Shown here in pieces: positions 10,171-19,480 of a stretch of DNA of 64,000 nt. Source of the DNA: a virus (taxonomy: Duplodnaviria > Caudoviricetes). The DNA is taken from positions 11,164 to 75,163 of IMG/VR virus record IMGVR_UViG_3300042914_003272. One strand, given 5' to 3'. Below the pieces are notes generated by a model that saw only the letters and a list, made by a program, of their open reading frames with translations, was not told the origin of the DNA and did not search any database. A program made the position numbers and the translations under genes. Within the stretch, counting starts at the first letter, position 1, and every line of letters begins with the position of its first letter.

Positions 10171-10416
10171 TTATTTATCTCCATTGTGAAGACAACTTAC
10201 AATTTCTTTTACTTGTTCTGTAATTGTAGTCATTTTGTATTCAATCATTTTTCTGTCTCCGGCTACCTCTTCAATGTGAAGTTCTAATTTTTTATTTACT
10301 GCCTCAATTGAATCTTCTATTTTTGCTTCCATTCTAGCAATCTGATAGATAAAACCAATTACTGAACAAATAATGCCTATGGTCTCCATATTTAGCTCAA
10401 TATCTTTTATTTGCAT
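10171..10416 (-). CDS. small TM/coiled-coil protein (holin-like)
   Basis: One hydrophobic helix followed by coiled coil. Confidence 0.4.
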   Translation of the reverse strand: MQIKDIELNMETIGIICSVIGFIYQIARMEAKIEDSIEAVNKKLELHIEEVAGDRKMIEYKMTTITEQVKEIVSCLHNGDK

Positions 10417-10424
10417 TTCTTCCT

Positions 10425-10988
10425 TTATCTTTTATTTAAACTTCTACGTGGGTCTTCTCCCCATAAATTGTCTTCCTCACTCATTTCTGTGTTAGCAATC
10501 CTGGAGTTGTTAATCAACTGTTGTGGTGGTGTAATAATTTGATTAGGTTCTCCATTTTTACCCCAATTACCATTAACATCATTAGCTCTAATCTTGGGGT
10601 TGTCCTGTCCATCACCGTAACTGTATTGTGAAACTAAAGTCTTTGGTTCTTGGTAAGATTGAATCTTGTTTACAACAGCACCTTGAGGTAGTTGTTGTAA
10701 ATATTCGTTGAGCATTCTAGCTTCATAATCCTGTCTAGCTTTTTTACCTGTTGTTACTGGTATCTGTTTTTGAGAAATAGCTTGAGGATTTTCTTTCCCA
10801 AATCTAAATACAGGCTTTTCTTCTTTAGCCTCTTTATTACAAACTAAAGACTTATAAGCTTCGCAATTAAGTTTAAATAACTCAGAATAAACAAGTGCTG
10901 TCTCTAAGTCACCTTTTTCTAAATAATGCTCTATTGCTAATTGCAATTGAGTAATTATCTCTTCTTGTTTTTCGATTATTGATTCCAT
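10425..10988 (-). CDS. hypothetical protein
   Basis: 187-aa ORF, first gene of minus-strand head block. Confidence 0.55.
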   Translation of the reverse strand: MESIIEKQEEIITQLQLAIEHYLEKGDLETALVYSELFKLNCEAYKSLVCNKEAKEEKPVFRFGKENPQAISQKQIPVTTGKKARQDYEARMLNEYLQQLPQGAVVNKIQSYQEPKTLVSQYSYGDGQDNPKIRANDVNGNWGKNGEPNQIITPPQQLINNSRIANTEMSEEDNLWGEDPRRSLNKR

Positions 10989-11077
10989 TTTAAATCCTGT
11001 ATTTGTTTTGCTTGCAGTAGTTTTCCTATTACAAAGGCTAACGCCTTAAAAATGGTGATGTTTGTAATTTGTGACTT

Positions 11078-11221
11078 ATGACTACGCTCCTTCTTGACAA
11101 AACTCTCAATCTATTTGCTGATGTTATTGCATCCCTACAACTGGAAACAGAAGAAGACAACTACTATGAAAACGAATATCTCAACTCAGTTGAAAACCGT
11201 TATTCACATTATGGTTTCTAG
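11078..11221 (+). CDS. small acidic hypothetical protein (47 aa)
   Basis: Manual translation MTTLLLDKTL...; between class B motif 11037 and terminator near 11256. Confidence 0.5.
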   Translation: MTTLLLDKTLNLFADVIASLQLETEEDNYYENEYLNSVENRYSHYGF

Positions 11222-11331
11222 GAACTATAAGAATACACTTTAACTACTTCACTTTATCCACCCTATGCGAGTTAGGGTGGATATTTTCTTTTGCGTATGT
11301 GTACAGTTTTATATATATTTTTTGAGCTTAT

Positions 11332-11416
11332 AAATTTCAATAACGTCACTATATTATTTATATATATTTGAGTGGAAATTTGAATAACGTCACTATATTA
11401 TTTATATATATTTGAG
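11332..11416. repeat. 41-bp direct repeat x2 (period 44) in AT-rich intergenic region
   Basis: AAATTT(C/G)AATAACGTCACTATATTATTTATATATATTTGAG at 11332 and 11376. Confidence 0.9.
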
Positions 11417-11551
11417 GGGGCAAACTCAATTTATATATATTATTTTAACCAAAAGAAAAAAGGGGGTGATGCCCTCAATTTTAAACCAATGAAGTTTTTA
11501 TGGGTCGCTACGCTCCCAACTAATTGGTGTAGTTCATTTGGTTATTGGTTT

Positions 11552-11821
11552 ATGTTTACAGAGTTTCTTGCTACACTTTCTGATGCTGATTTGGCGGCTG
11601 TGTTGTGGTCACTAGCTGACTATGACATAACTCCGGATGAAGATTATCCTGAGTATCATGTTCCTGTATCTGTTCAACAATGCTCAGAGATTCTTGAGAG
11701 CAGATGGGTAACTCTTCAAGATATTGAAGAATACCTAGAGATTCGTAAACAAGCTCGGACTCAATCCGAGTTGTGGAACGACCTTATGATTGGGTCGTAT
11801 GACCCATTGGTTGGGTTCTAA
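11552..11821 (+). CDS. acidic early hypothetical protein
   Basis: Start moved to ATG 11552 because the class A motif lies in the longer ORF's 5' part. Confidence 0.6.
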   Translation: MFTEFLATLSDADLAAVLWSLADYDITPDEDYPEYHVPVSVQQCSEILESRWVTLQDIEEYLEIRKQARTQSELWNDLMIGSYDPLVGF

Positions 11822-11904
11822 CTTATTAGGGAATGGATAAACCATTCCCTTTTTTTATGGTCGCTACGCGCCCTAATTGTGGCGTAGTTAACCAAGTTAA
11901 ATAT

Positions 11905-12468
11905 ATGTCTGACCCAAGGTTTGAGGTCTTATATATCCCTGAGTGGGGATGTACAAGCAAAATTAGTGTATATTTAATCGCAGTTCCCAGTTACCTGGGA
12001 GACAAGCTTTGTTCATATTTGCAGCATCACCGATGCAAGTTCCAACAGCGTTGGAGCATTCAGCGGTTAAATCGTTGCGAATTTTTTGTGGAGGAAATTC
12101 CTTCACAAGTCTTAGACGCAATTTGTGTGAGAACCCTTGCCAACCAAGGCAAGGTTAATTTAGGCGTTAACTTTCAGGTTTGCCTCAAGGCCTGCCCAGT
12201 AACAGGAGAGCAACTGCTCTCTATTAAAGTCAATGGTAAAGATATCCCCGCTAGTGGGGACGACATGGATGATTATGAGTGGTGGCTTGCTCAAAATAAC
12301 TTAGACCTCAAATTAAAGCCACTCATAGAAATGGCAGTTGACTCCGCTGAGTGCGATATCGCATTCTATTACGACACTAGGGTCAACCTCAATTTAAGGG
12401 AATTACTTGAATCTTGCGGTTTCGAGTATTCTCCTGAAGAGGAGGCTATGAGATTTTGTAAGTCATAA
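11905..12468 (+). CDS. early hypothetical protein
   Basis: Start moved to ATG 11905 (after class A motif 11863). Confidence 0.6.
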   Translation: MSDPRFEVLYIPEWGCTSKISVYLIAVPSYLGDKLCSYLQHHRCKFQQRWSIQRLNRCEFFVEEIPSQVLDAICVRTLANQGKVNLGVNFQVCLKACPVTGEQLLSIKVNGKDIPASGDDMDDYEWWLAQNNLDLKLKPLIEMAVDSAECDIAFYYDTRVNLNLRELLESCGFEYSPEEEAMRFCKS

Positions 12469-12553
12469 GTACAGGGGCAATTGCCCCTTTTTTTTATGTG
12501 GGCTACGCCCTGTCTAGTAATTGTAGTTAGCAAAATAACGGTTTATAAAAGAT

Positions 12554-12910
12554 ATGGATTACTCAGTCTTTTTCTGCTTGGTTTTAATACTTGCATTGTT
12601 TGCTTGCATGACCGCGGATATAATTCTTGACCTTGAAGTGATTTGGAGTAACGCTGGACAAGTTCAATTACCAGAGACTGAAGTTAATATAATTGAATTA
12701 GCCAAGGAACAAATGATTCCTAAGCTTCCAATCCCTGGCTCTGACCTTTGGGCAAACCTAGATGCTCAATTTGAGCAATCTAAGTGCAAGGAACTAGATT
12801 ACAACTCCCTAACAGTTAGGGAACTGAAAGGTATAGCCAAACAAAGGGCTATACCCAAATATGGCAGCATGAGAAAGTCTGAGTTGATTGCAGCTTTGCA
12901 GTCACAATAA
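12554..12910 (+). CDS. Rho-termination-factor N-terminal (Rho_N/HeH) domain protein with N-terminal TM
   Basis: YNSLTVRELKGIAKQRAIPKYGSMRKSELIAAL. Confidence 0.8.
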   Translation: MDYSVFFCLVLILALFACMTADIILDLEVIWSNAGQVQLPETEVNIIELAKEQMIPKLPIPGSDLWANLDAQFEQSKCKELDYNSLTVRELKGIAKQRAIPKYGSMRKSELIAALQSQ

Positions 12911-13099
12911 CTTCCTGGGGGTGAAATTCCCCCCGTTTGTCTTTCGCATGGACAAGGCTAACGCCTGATAGGTTTTGATGTTAGTCTTGTCTGATTATGG
13001 GGACTACAAATGCGGATACACTTGAGATATTGGAATGGGAGATACAAGAGGTAAACACGACAAAACAGAGCATCCTATAAACCAAGCTAAAATAAACCC

Positions 13100-13449
13100 A
13101 GTCAAAGAACCTCTTTAACAATTTAAATATTCAGTTGTCTAGACAGTGGGCTAAAACAATATAGGTAATCAGGTTTTACAACCAACTTGCAATCAGAACT
13201 TTAGAGTTCCCAACTAATTCTTTACTTTAATTGAGGGTCTCTCAACCAAGTCCCGGTTTCCCAGGTAAGGCAGAACTTTAGCCCGGTGTCCTCACGATTG
13301 CTTAAAGGACTGTTTACCAAGTCTGAACTCTATCCGGCATTTCGTCTGCTAACCAAGCCTAGTTCCTCACTAGCTCTACACTTCAAAGCCTCAAGAGCCT
13401 TACATCGTGGTGGTTTGCGTCTACTCACTCGTAGTTAGTTCAACCAAGT
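13100..13449 (-). ncRNA. candidate structured non-coding RNA
   Basis: No long ORF, several hairpins (CUAGU-GAGGA-ACUAG, CCUGG-GAAA-CCGGG), repeated CUUGGU, sigma70 promoter upstream; 3' end uncertain. Confidence 0.45.
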
Positions 13450-13455
13450 AAATAC

Positions 13456-13485
13456 AATATAGCAGACTTTGTGGTTAAGTGACAA
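13456..13485 (-). promoter_or_regulatory. sigma70-type promoter
   Basis: TTGTCA-18 nt-TATATT with extended -10 TG. Confidence 0.6.
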
Positions 13486-13568
13486 GTCTTGCAGCTTGTT
13501 GTTCTGGCAAAGCTATTTTTATGGTCGCTACGCTCCCTATATATAGTTGTAGTTAACGAGGTTTGGTT

Positions 13569-13748
13569 ATGAGAATCACATTTAAACTGTCAGCACTGAA
13601 TCGTATTCACTTGGCTGGGAAACAAGAACTCATGAATCTGGCAGAGTTCTACGAGGTTGAGGGCTATGAGGATATGAGCATGGAAATGCTAAGGGAAGCC
13701 CTTGAGGAGGTAAAGTCCTCATTTAATGAGGACGGTTACAGAGAGTAA
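13569..13748 (+). CDS. small acidic Rho_N-like protein
   Basis: KQELMNLAEFYEVEGYEDMSMEMLREALEE has the Rho_N hydrophobic pattern. Confidence 0.55.
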   Translation: MRITFKLSALNRIHLAGKQELMNLAEFYEVEGYEDMSMEMLREALEEVKSSFNEDGYRE

Positions 13749-13829
13749 ACAATTGGAGGGCATTGTCCCTCCTTTTTTTATGGTCGCTACGCTCCCTATA
13801 TATAGATGTAGTTAATTCAGGTATTGATT

Positions 13830-14033
13830 ATGTTGGTCTTAAGTTATTTCGATATTTATTCTTATGATTTGTCCACTCTCAGACATTTTGCAAAGCTTGA
13901 CCAGATAAAGGGTTTTGAGGATATGAGTTGTGAAGAACTCAGAGAAGCTTTGGAGGAGGAAGGTCAGAGACTCGCCAGAGAAGGTGATGAAGCCTTGTCA
14001 AAGTTTGAGGAATCAAAGGAAGTGTTTGGTTAA
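13830..14033 (+). CDS. small acidic Rho_N-like protein (paralog)
   Basis: LSTLRHFAKLDQIKGFEDMSCEELREALEE; same promoter and terminator (GGAGGGCATTGTCCCTCC) as the previous gene. Confidence 0.55.
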   Translation: MLVLSYFDIYSYDLSTLRHFAKLDQIKGFEDMSCEELREALEEEGQRLAREGDEALSKFEESKEVFG

Positions 14034-14302
14034 TTTATTCTTGGAGGGCATTGTCCCTCCTTTTCTTCTGTTGGCTTCGCACAACCCCTGAAACCAAGAC
14101 TACAACTACGTTTGCAATATTAATACACTTAGTCTTTCAGATGACATTCTTCTAGTAGAAATTACAATGGATTATTTGCAGCCTATTAACTGTAATCAAG
14201 TTAATAACAACAAAATCACTGAGAAGACAGATTAAAGCAAGCTTAATCTACTTAATTTAAAGTAAACCAAATAACATTAAACCAAATTTGACAATCTCAG
14301 TA

Positions 14303-14960
14303 TGTACAAAACGCCAAAGGCTTTGTACAAAACGCCAGACCGCAACTTGCTTGACTTGTACAAAGTGACAATTGGTCAACCACTATGCTTTCAGCCCATC
14401 TAAGACCACGATTGCTTGATAGCAGCATAACATTATTTAATCTGTGTATGGCTAATCGTACAATATCATAGTGAACTCAGTCATTCTACATACCTTCTCA
14501 GTAATCCGTACAAAGATATACTTATTCCCTGCTATTTTCTAATAATTAAAATAAACTAAAATCCTTTAACAGTAACGCTTTCAATTAATACAAAATAACT
14601 TTTAAATGCCTATTTCAACCCTATCAAAATACCTTTTTAACCAACGTCTCTATTGCTACCATCAAGCAAATAAACGCTGCTCTTATATTATATATATTAG
14701 TTAATATATTATATTAATTAAATTACGCACGATATAAGAAGACTACTTTATTTGAACAGGTGTCCTATTTGCAACACACCTCCGAATATAGACAGGCTAT
14801 CGCCTGGTGCGCGCAGGGAAAACTTTCACCTAAAAACCAAAAGAATTTTAAACCAGCAAGAAAGTTTAAACTAGCTTTGTTAAAACAGGCTGTTAGGGTA
14901 TATAGGCTGTTAGAAAAACAGGCTGCTAGAAAAACAGGCTATTAGAAAACCAGAAGTTAG
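14303..14960. repeat. iteron-like repeats flanking AT-rich tract (candidate replication origin)
   Basis: TGTACAAAACGCCA at 14303 and 14324, more GTACAA at ~14357/14458/14508; AAAACAGGCT(G/A)(T/C)TAG x4-5 at 14882-14960. Confidence 0.5.
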
Positions 14961-15219
14961 AGGGCTAGAGGGTACACAATGCTAGAAAACCTTCTGTACT
15001 GGGTTTACCCTTGCTTTCCCACCACAGAATTTCCTTCTTTGGTCTACGCCTTTGCCTTTTCCTGGGGATAAGCTTTCCGCCGCTCGTCCTCTGATTTGCC
15101 TCTATTTTTGTGTTTTAAATGCCTTTAATATCTTTCTGGGGTATTTAGTTATTAATCCAAATCCAAGAGGCTTTAACAAGGAAAATTGAAGGGATAATCT
15201 AAAACCACTGCAAAATTTT

Positions 15220-15462
15220 ATGCAACCATTGCCTAACCCAGTCCCTAACAACCTTCCCCACATAGCCAACCTGGTTGCCGCAGACATCTTGTACCGGAAA
15301 CAGATAGGCATTCGTAAATATGGTACTCCACTACAACCTTTCAACAACAGAAGTGCTTTACAAGACGCTTATGAAGAAGTATTAGACTTAGCTAATTATC
15401 TCAAGCAAAAATTAGAAGAAGAACGGATTAATCTTGACAATACAGATTACCCTGATTGGTAA
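15220..15462 (+). CDS. putative all-alpha nucleotide pyrophosphohydrolase-like phage protein
   Basis: R..IGIRKYGTPL....ALQDAYEEVLDLANYL. Confidence 0.55.
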   Translation: MQPLPNPVPNNLPHIANLVAADILYRKQIGIRKYGTPLQPFNNRSALQDAYEEVLDLANYLKQKLEEERINLDNTDYPDW

Positions 15463-15515
15463 GCATACAAAGTACAAGGCTAACGCCTTATAAGCAGTGA
15501 AGTATCAACACAACA

Positions 15516-15746
15516 GTGCTGTATATGTCTAAAGAAATAACTCAGGCTGCTGTAGTTGAATTTAACAACGCTAGAAAGTTGTTATCTGAAAACAACTTTC
15601 ATGCTGTCCAAATGCTGCTTAACAATGACAGATACTGGTCTGTTATCTGGAAACTTAATGGTAAATTAACTAACATTAAAATTGGTTTGACTAAAGCCAA
15701 AGCCATTAAATTAGCAGAAGCTTTGAACAAAAAATTGAAACAATAA
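15516..15746 (+). CDS. hypothetical protein
   Basis: ORF after class B motif 15479. Confidence 0.55.
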   Translation: MLYMSKEITQAAVVEFNNARKLLSENNFHAVQMLLNNDRYWSVIWKLNGKLTNIKIGLTKAKAIKLAEALNKKLKQ

Positions 15747-15799
15747 AGATTTTTATGGTCGCTACGCTCCTACTTTGTAGGTGTAATTTATGGTGGTTT

Positions 15800-16198
15800 A
15801 TGTTTAAATCCTGCAATATTTGGAGCGGTAGCTCCGATGGATTAAGTGCAGCATTAACTAACTGCACTGAAATTGCCTTTAGAAAAGGCAAGCTAAAAAA
15901 TCACTACCCTATTGTTGATAAAAATGGGGTTGTTTTCCCTGACGCTGAAACAGCCTATAAACTACATAAAACAGGTGACATTGTAAAGGATAGAGCAATA
16001 ATGATTAGGATTATTGCTGCCAAGCTAAGGCAATACCCACGCCTTACTCACCACATTACCGCACGTGGTGGTATCGAGTGGCTACAGACCTGTAGTCATA
16101 TAGTTGGGGTAAAAGGTTCAAGGTGGGAAGGCGTGGGTACTGAAAGTAATTTTATAAGTTGCTTAATTGCAGCTTATGAAGTTGTGGTTGATGAGTAA
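15800..16198 (+). CDS. NADAR/YbiA-like protein
   Basis: FPDAETAYK..MIRIIAAKLRQYPRL..RWEGVG.ESNF; start moved after class A motif. Confidence 0.55.
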   Translation: MFKSCNIWSGSSDGLSAALTNCTEIAFRKGKLKNHYPIVDKNGVVFPDAETAYKLHKTGDIVKDRAIMIRIIAAKLRQYPRLTHHITARGGIEWLQTCSHIVGVKGSRWEGVGTESNFISCLIAAYEVVVDE

Positions 16199-16283
16199 TG
16201 AATTAGGTGGTGTAAAAGCCACCTATTTTTTATGGTCGCTACGCTCCTAAATTATTTAGTTGTAGTTTATTTTGCATTAAATC

Positions 16284-16700
16284 ATGAACATCCTACGTCA
16301 TAAAAACGGTTACATTGGTAATACTAAAATCGTCTATTGTGGTAGACTTAAATCCAATAAACAATGGAAATTAGGCAATCCATTTAGCTGGAAACGGTCT
16401 CAAGCCCGTTGGTTAGTTAAAGACCTAAAAGAATGCCTTGATAAATTCAAATTGTTTACTTGGGACTTAATTAATGAGCGTTGGAATAAATTCAACCCTG
16501 AAGATATTGAATTTGCCCAACAATATTGGACTCAAATGAAATCCTTAGCAAATCAAATTAAGCAGGGTGAGGTTGATGCCCTCACCTGTTTTTGTGGTGA
16601 ATGGAAAAACTTTACTCCAGTTAAAGGTGTTCCCTATGAATGCCATACCCAAATATTATATGCAGCTTGCTTGTATATGATTGAAAAAGAAATTGTCTAA
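16284..16700 (+). CDS. DUF4326-like protein
   Basis: YCGR..LGNPF..LTCFC..CH..IL signature. Confidence 0.7.
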   Translation: MNILRHKNGYIGNTKIVYCGRLKSNKQWKLGNPFSWKRSQARWLVKDLKECLDKFKLFTWDLINERWNKFNPEDIEFAQQYWTQMKSLANQIKQGEVDALTCFCGEWKNFTPVKGVPYECHTQILYAACLYMIEKEIV

Positions 16701-16774
16701 CCTGTTGGCGTTAGCAAGTACAAGGCTAACGCCTAATTACTTTTGGTGGAAATTAACTAATCGGAGAAAAAGAA

Positions 16775-16996
16775 ATGACCAACTTAAATTTACCAGAAGA
16801 AATGACTTATTACTTTACGGAATGGAAGTCCGGTAATCCTTATTTTGGAAAGTTTAAATCTAAAGATTACTGCGTAAATGGAAGATTAGAATACGAGAAA
16901 ATATCTCAGTCTTTGGGATTTAAAATTAAAATTCAGCCTTTAAAAGATGAAAACTTGATAGAAAGGTTGAATCGTGAAGGGAACTTTTTTATCTAG
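16775..16996 (+). CDS. hypothetical protein
   Basis: GGAG RBS; after class B motif 16725. Confidence 0.55.
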   Translation: MTNLNLPEEMTYYFTEWKSGNPYFGKFKSKDYCVNGRLEYEKISQSLGFKIKIQPLKDENLIERLNREGNFFI

Positions 16997-17080
16997 GCTT
17001 AATCGAATAAAGGTTTTTATGGGAGGCTACGCCTCCCTTTTTTTTGTTTGTAGTTTTAGTTAATTTAATTAAAGTTTATC

Positions 17081-17536
17081 ATGGCTTACACAACAGTTCA
17101 AGTTTCAGAATTAGCTTGCAATATCTTTTCTCAATGGGCTATTAAGTCCGTTAGTACACTAAATTTGCAACAGCTAGACTCTAATGTTTTTAAATGGGTT
17201 TTTTGGAAAGGTGGGGAGATTAAATCCATTACTTTGTTGGTTAAAGGTAGTACAAAAACTATTGAGAATCTTTACTTTCAAAAAGCTAAGTTTGGTAAAG
17301 GGTTAATTCTTGAAATGCCCAAGCATGATAGTGTAACCCATGTTCTTTGGGTTGATGTTAATAATGGTGACAGTGCTTTAGCTTCACTTGTTAACCTTTC
17401 AGTCTTATTGCAGTCTAAAACAGATGCTGATGATTTCAACTCATTCAAAACTCCTGACGGCAACGTTCATGTAGTCCCATTAGACTATCTTGAGTGCGAA
17501 AACATAGGCGTTAAAAGACGTAATCTTTTAGCTTAA
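17081..17536 (+). CDS. hypothetical protein
   Basis: 151 aa after class A motif 17026; followed by terminator. Confidence 0.6.
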   Translation: MAYTTVQVSELACNIFSQWAIKSVSTLNLQQLDSNVFKWVFWKGGEIKSITLLVKGSTKTIENLYFQKAKFGKGLILEMPKHDSVTHVLWVDVNNGDSALASLVNLSVLLQSKTDADDFNSFKTPDGNVHVVPLDYLECENIGVKRRNLLA

Positions 17537-17627
17537 TACTCAATTTTTACCCATTGGTTTAATCCGGTGGGTGTTTTTTTATGTGCGCTACGCGTATTAA
17601 TTTTAGTTTGTAGTTTTAGTTAATTGT

Positions 17628-17879
17628 TTGGAGTTTGCTATGGTTTTCCAAATTAAAGTTGAGAATTTTTACTCTGCTATTTTGGCATTACAGATGAACG
17701 AGTATTTAGATATGATTGAGTATTTTAATTTCGGCTACGCAACAAAAGACAGAAGTGAAGTCGAAGAATGTATCCCGCCATGGGATATGGCTTTAGAGCT
17801 AGTAGACAGGGGATATCGTGTTTCAGACCTTTACAATGAAGGGTATAAATACATCCCCCAATATTGCCCTCTAGGTTAA
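17628..17879 (+). CDS. hypothetical early protein
   Basis: After class A motif 17587; real start likely ATG 17640. Confidence 0.55.
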   Translation: MEFAMVFQIKVENFYSAILALQMNEYLDMIEYFNFGYATKDRSEVEECIPPWDMALELVDRGYRVSDLYNEGYKYIPQYCPLG

Positions 17880-17971
17880 TTTCAATTTAAGACCAGTGTA
17901 AAAGCTGGTCTTTTTTTATGTGCGCTACGCATCTTGATTTAGTTGTAGTTTAATTAGTTGTTCGAGGTTTT

Positions 17972-18217
17972 ATGATTCAAATAACTGTGATTTCCGAAGC
18001 CAATGCTTATGCAGAAGGCTCAGAAAGGAACTGGGTTAGAAGAGAATATTATATTGAGTCCAGTGGACCTATCCCAAATAAAGATTATTTATGGGAACAC
18101 CTGGAAAAGCTAAAAAAAGAAGGTAAAGTCCATTATAAATGGGCTTTGCCTCAAGACATACTCCTATTTGATGATGGGACGGCTGTGTTTACCCCTTATT
18201 TGGGAAGCATGGATTAG
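17972..18217 (+). CDS. hypothetical early protein
   Basis: After class A motif 17924, GAGG RBS. Confidence 0.55.
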   Translation: MIQITVISEANAYAEGSERNWVRREYYIESSGPIPNKDYLWEHLEKLKKEGKVHYKWALPQDILLFDDGTAVFTPYLGSMD

Positions 18218-18372
18218 ATATATAGAGAGGGTTTAATGCCCTCTTTTTTTTATGGACGCTACGCGCCCTACTAGTTTTGTGTAGTTAAGTGGACGCACTT
18301 TGGGTAATTCTAGATAGCCCCTACAACGACTGTATCTAGCTCAATTTATTAGCAAAATAATCGGAGTCTGTT

Positions 18373-19233
18373 ATGTCAGTCAAGCCTGAAATCACAGTTA
18401 CTTGCTTGAAAGAATCTCGCCAGTATCAAGGGGCTAAATGCCCTATTGGTACATTCATTGTCCGTCTATACTGGAAAGATTATTCCAAGTATGTTAGAAA
18501 CGAACGAAAACTTGACGGTGTTTATTTGTTAAAGGATTCCAAAAATATTTACCACAGAACTTGTGAATTTGCCGTTACATCTTTACAGTCTTTAGAATAC
18601 CTTTTGTCCAATTGCGATAAAGCTGGTGGTATCAAAGGCAAATGGTTTCAAAGACAAACAGAGTACGCTGTAATGAAGTTCCGTGGCTTTGCTCAGACTG
18701 CATACGAATTTGTCAAGCCCATTAAAGTTGCAGTAACTCAAGTTAAGCAAACTGTTTCCAAGGTAGCTCAATCCGTTTTCCGCAGATTTGACCCACGCCA
18801 ACCTCAATCATTTGCCAAGTGCTTCACCCTTGAGCAAGCCAAATATTTGTTCGACCGTTGCCCTGAGTCTCAACGTACTCAGAAGTTTATTGACAATTAT
18901 TTGGCAACTTGTGAACGCATAGCTGCTGTTCCCCAAGTTGTTTCCATAGACGATATTGCTCCTGCATTGGTTGAACAACATTCAGAAGTTCTTGAGCATA
19001 TCCCAGCTACGGACTCTCAAGTTAGACAAATGATGGCTGATGGCTACAAAGCTAACGCCAGACGTTGTAAGCAATGGGTAATCGGCGTTGGTAGGTCTAT
19101 TCCTGATTTTCAAGTAATTGTCAAGGGGACTGACAAGCGCAATGCTGAAAAAATAATGCAGCAAGTAATTGAAAATATTCTGCTTGCAGAGTTGTCAGTG
19201 TCACAATTACGTGATATCATTGCAGCAAGTTAG
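18373..19233 (+). CDS. hypothetical early protein
   Basis: 286 aa, GGAG RBS, after class A motif 18258. Confidence 0.65.
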   Translation: MSVKPEITVTCLKESRQYQGAKCPIGTFIVRLYWKDYSKYVRNERKLDGVYLLKDSKNIYHRTCEFAVTSLQSLEYLLSNCDKAGGIKGKWFQRQTEYAVMKFRGFAQTAYEFVKPIKVAVTQVKQTVSKVAQSVFRRFDPRQPQSFAKCFTLEQAKYLFDRCPESQRTQKFIDNYLATCERIAAVPQVVSIDDIAPALVEQHSEVLEHIPATDSQVRQMMADGYKANARRCKQWVIGVGRSIPDFQVIVKGTDKRNAEKIMQQVIENILLAELSVSQLRDIIAAS

Positions 19234-19302
19234 GTGGTGTTCCCTAGCCTGACCTGATGACTACCACTGGGGATTATCCTCCCCACTTTCCCCAGTGGTA
19301 CA

Positions 19303-19350
19303 GGGGCGACTGCCCCATTAGAATTGAAGTATTAGCAAAATAAAAGGAGT
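19303..19350 (+). promoter_or_regulatory. class B promoter variant + GCAAAATAAA leader + RBS for MERGSGR peptide
   Basis: GGGGC-GACT-GCCCC, TTGA 10 nt after core, TAGCAAAATAAAAGGAG. Confidence 0.7.
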
Positions 19351-19355
19351 TTCTC

Positions 19356-19379
19356 ATGGAACGTGGTTCAGGTAGATAA
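19356..19379 (+). CDS. patS: PatS-like heterocyst-inhibitor peptide MERGSGR
   Basis: ATG GAA CGT GGT TCA GGT AGA TAA; AAGGAG 6 nt upstream; matches the C-terminal ERGSGR of Anabaena PatS. Confidence 0.8.
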   Translation: MERGSGR

Positions 19380-19480
19380 TTGACTGGAAGCACCCTATTC
19401 CTAGTGTTTTTATACTAAGAATAGGGGGCAAGGCTAACGCCTAATTAGTTGTGAAGTAAAATAAATTTGGAGAATATGTT

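Noticed and set aside
14760-14945. 61-aa ORF
   Set aside because: Largely made of the iteron-like DNA repeats; probably not a real gene
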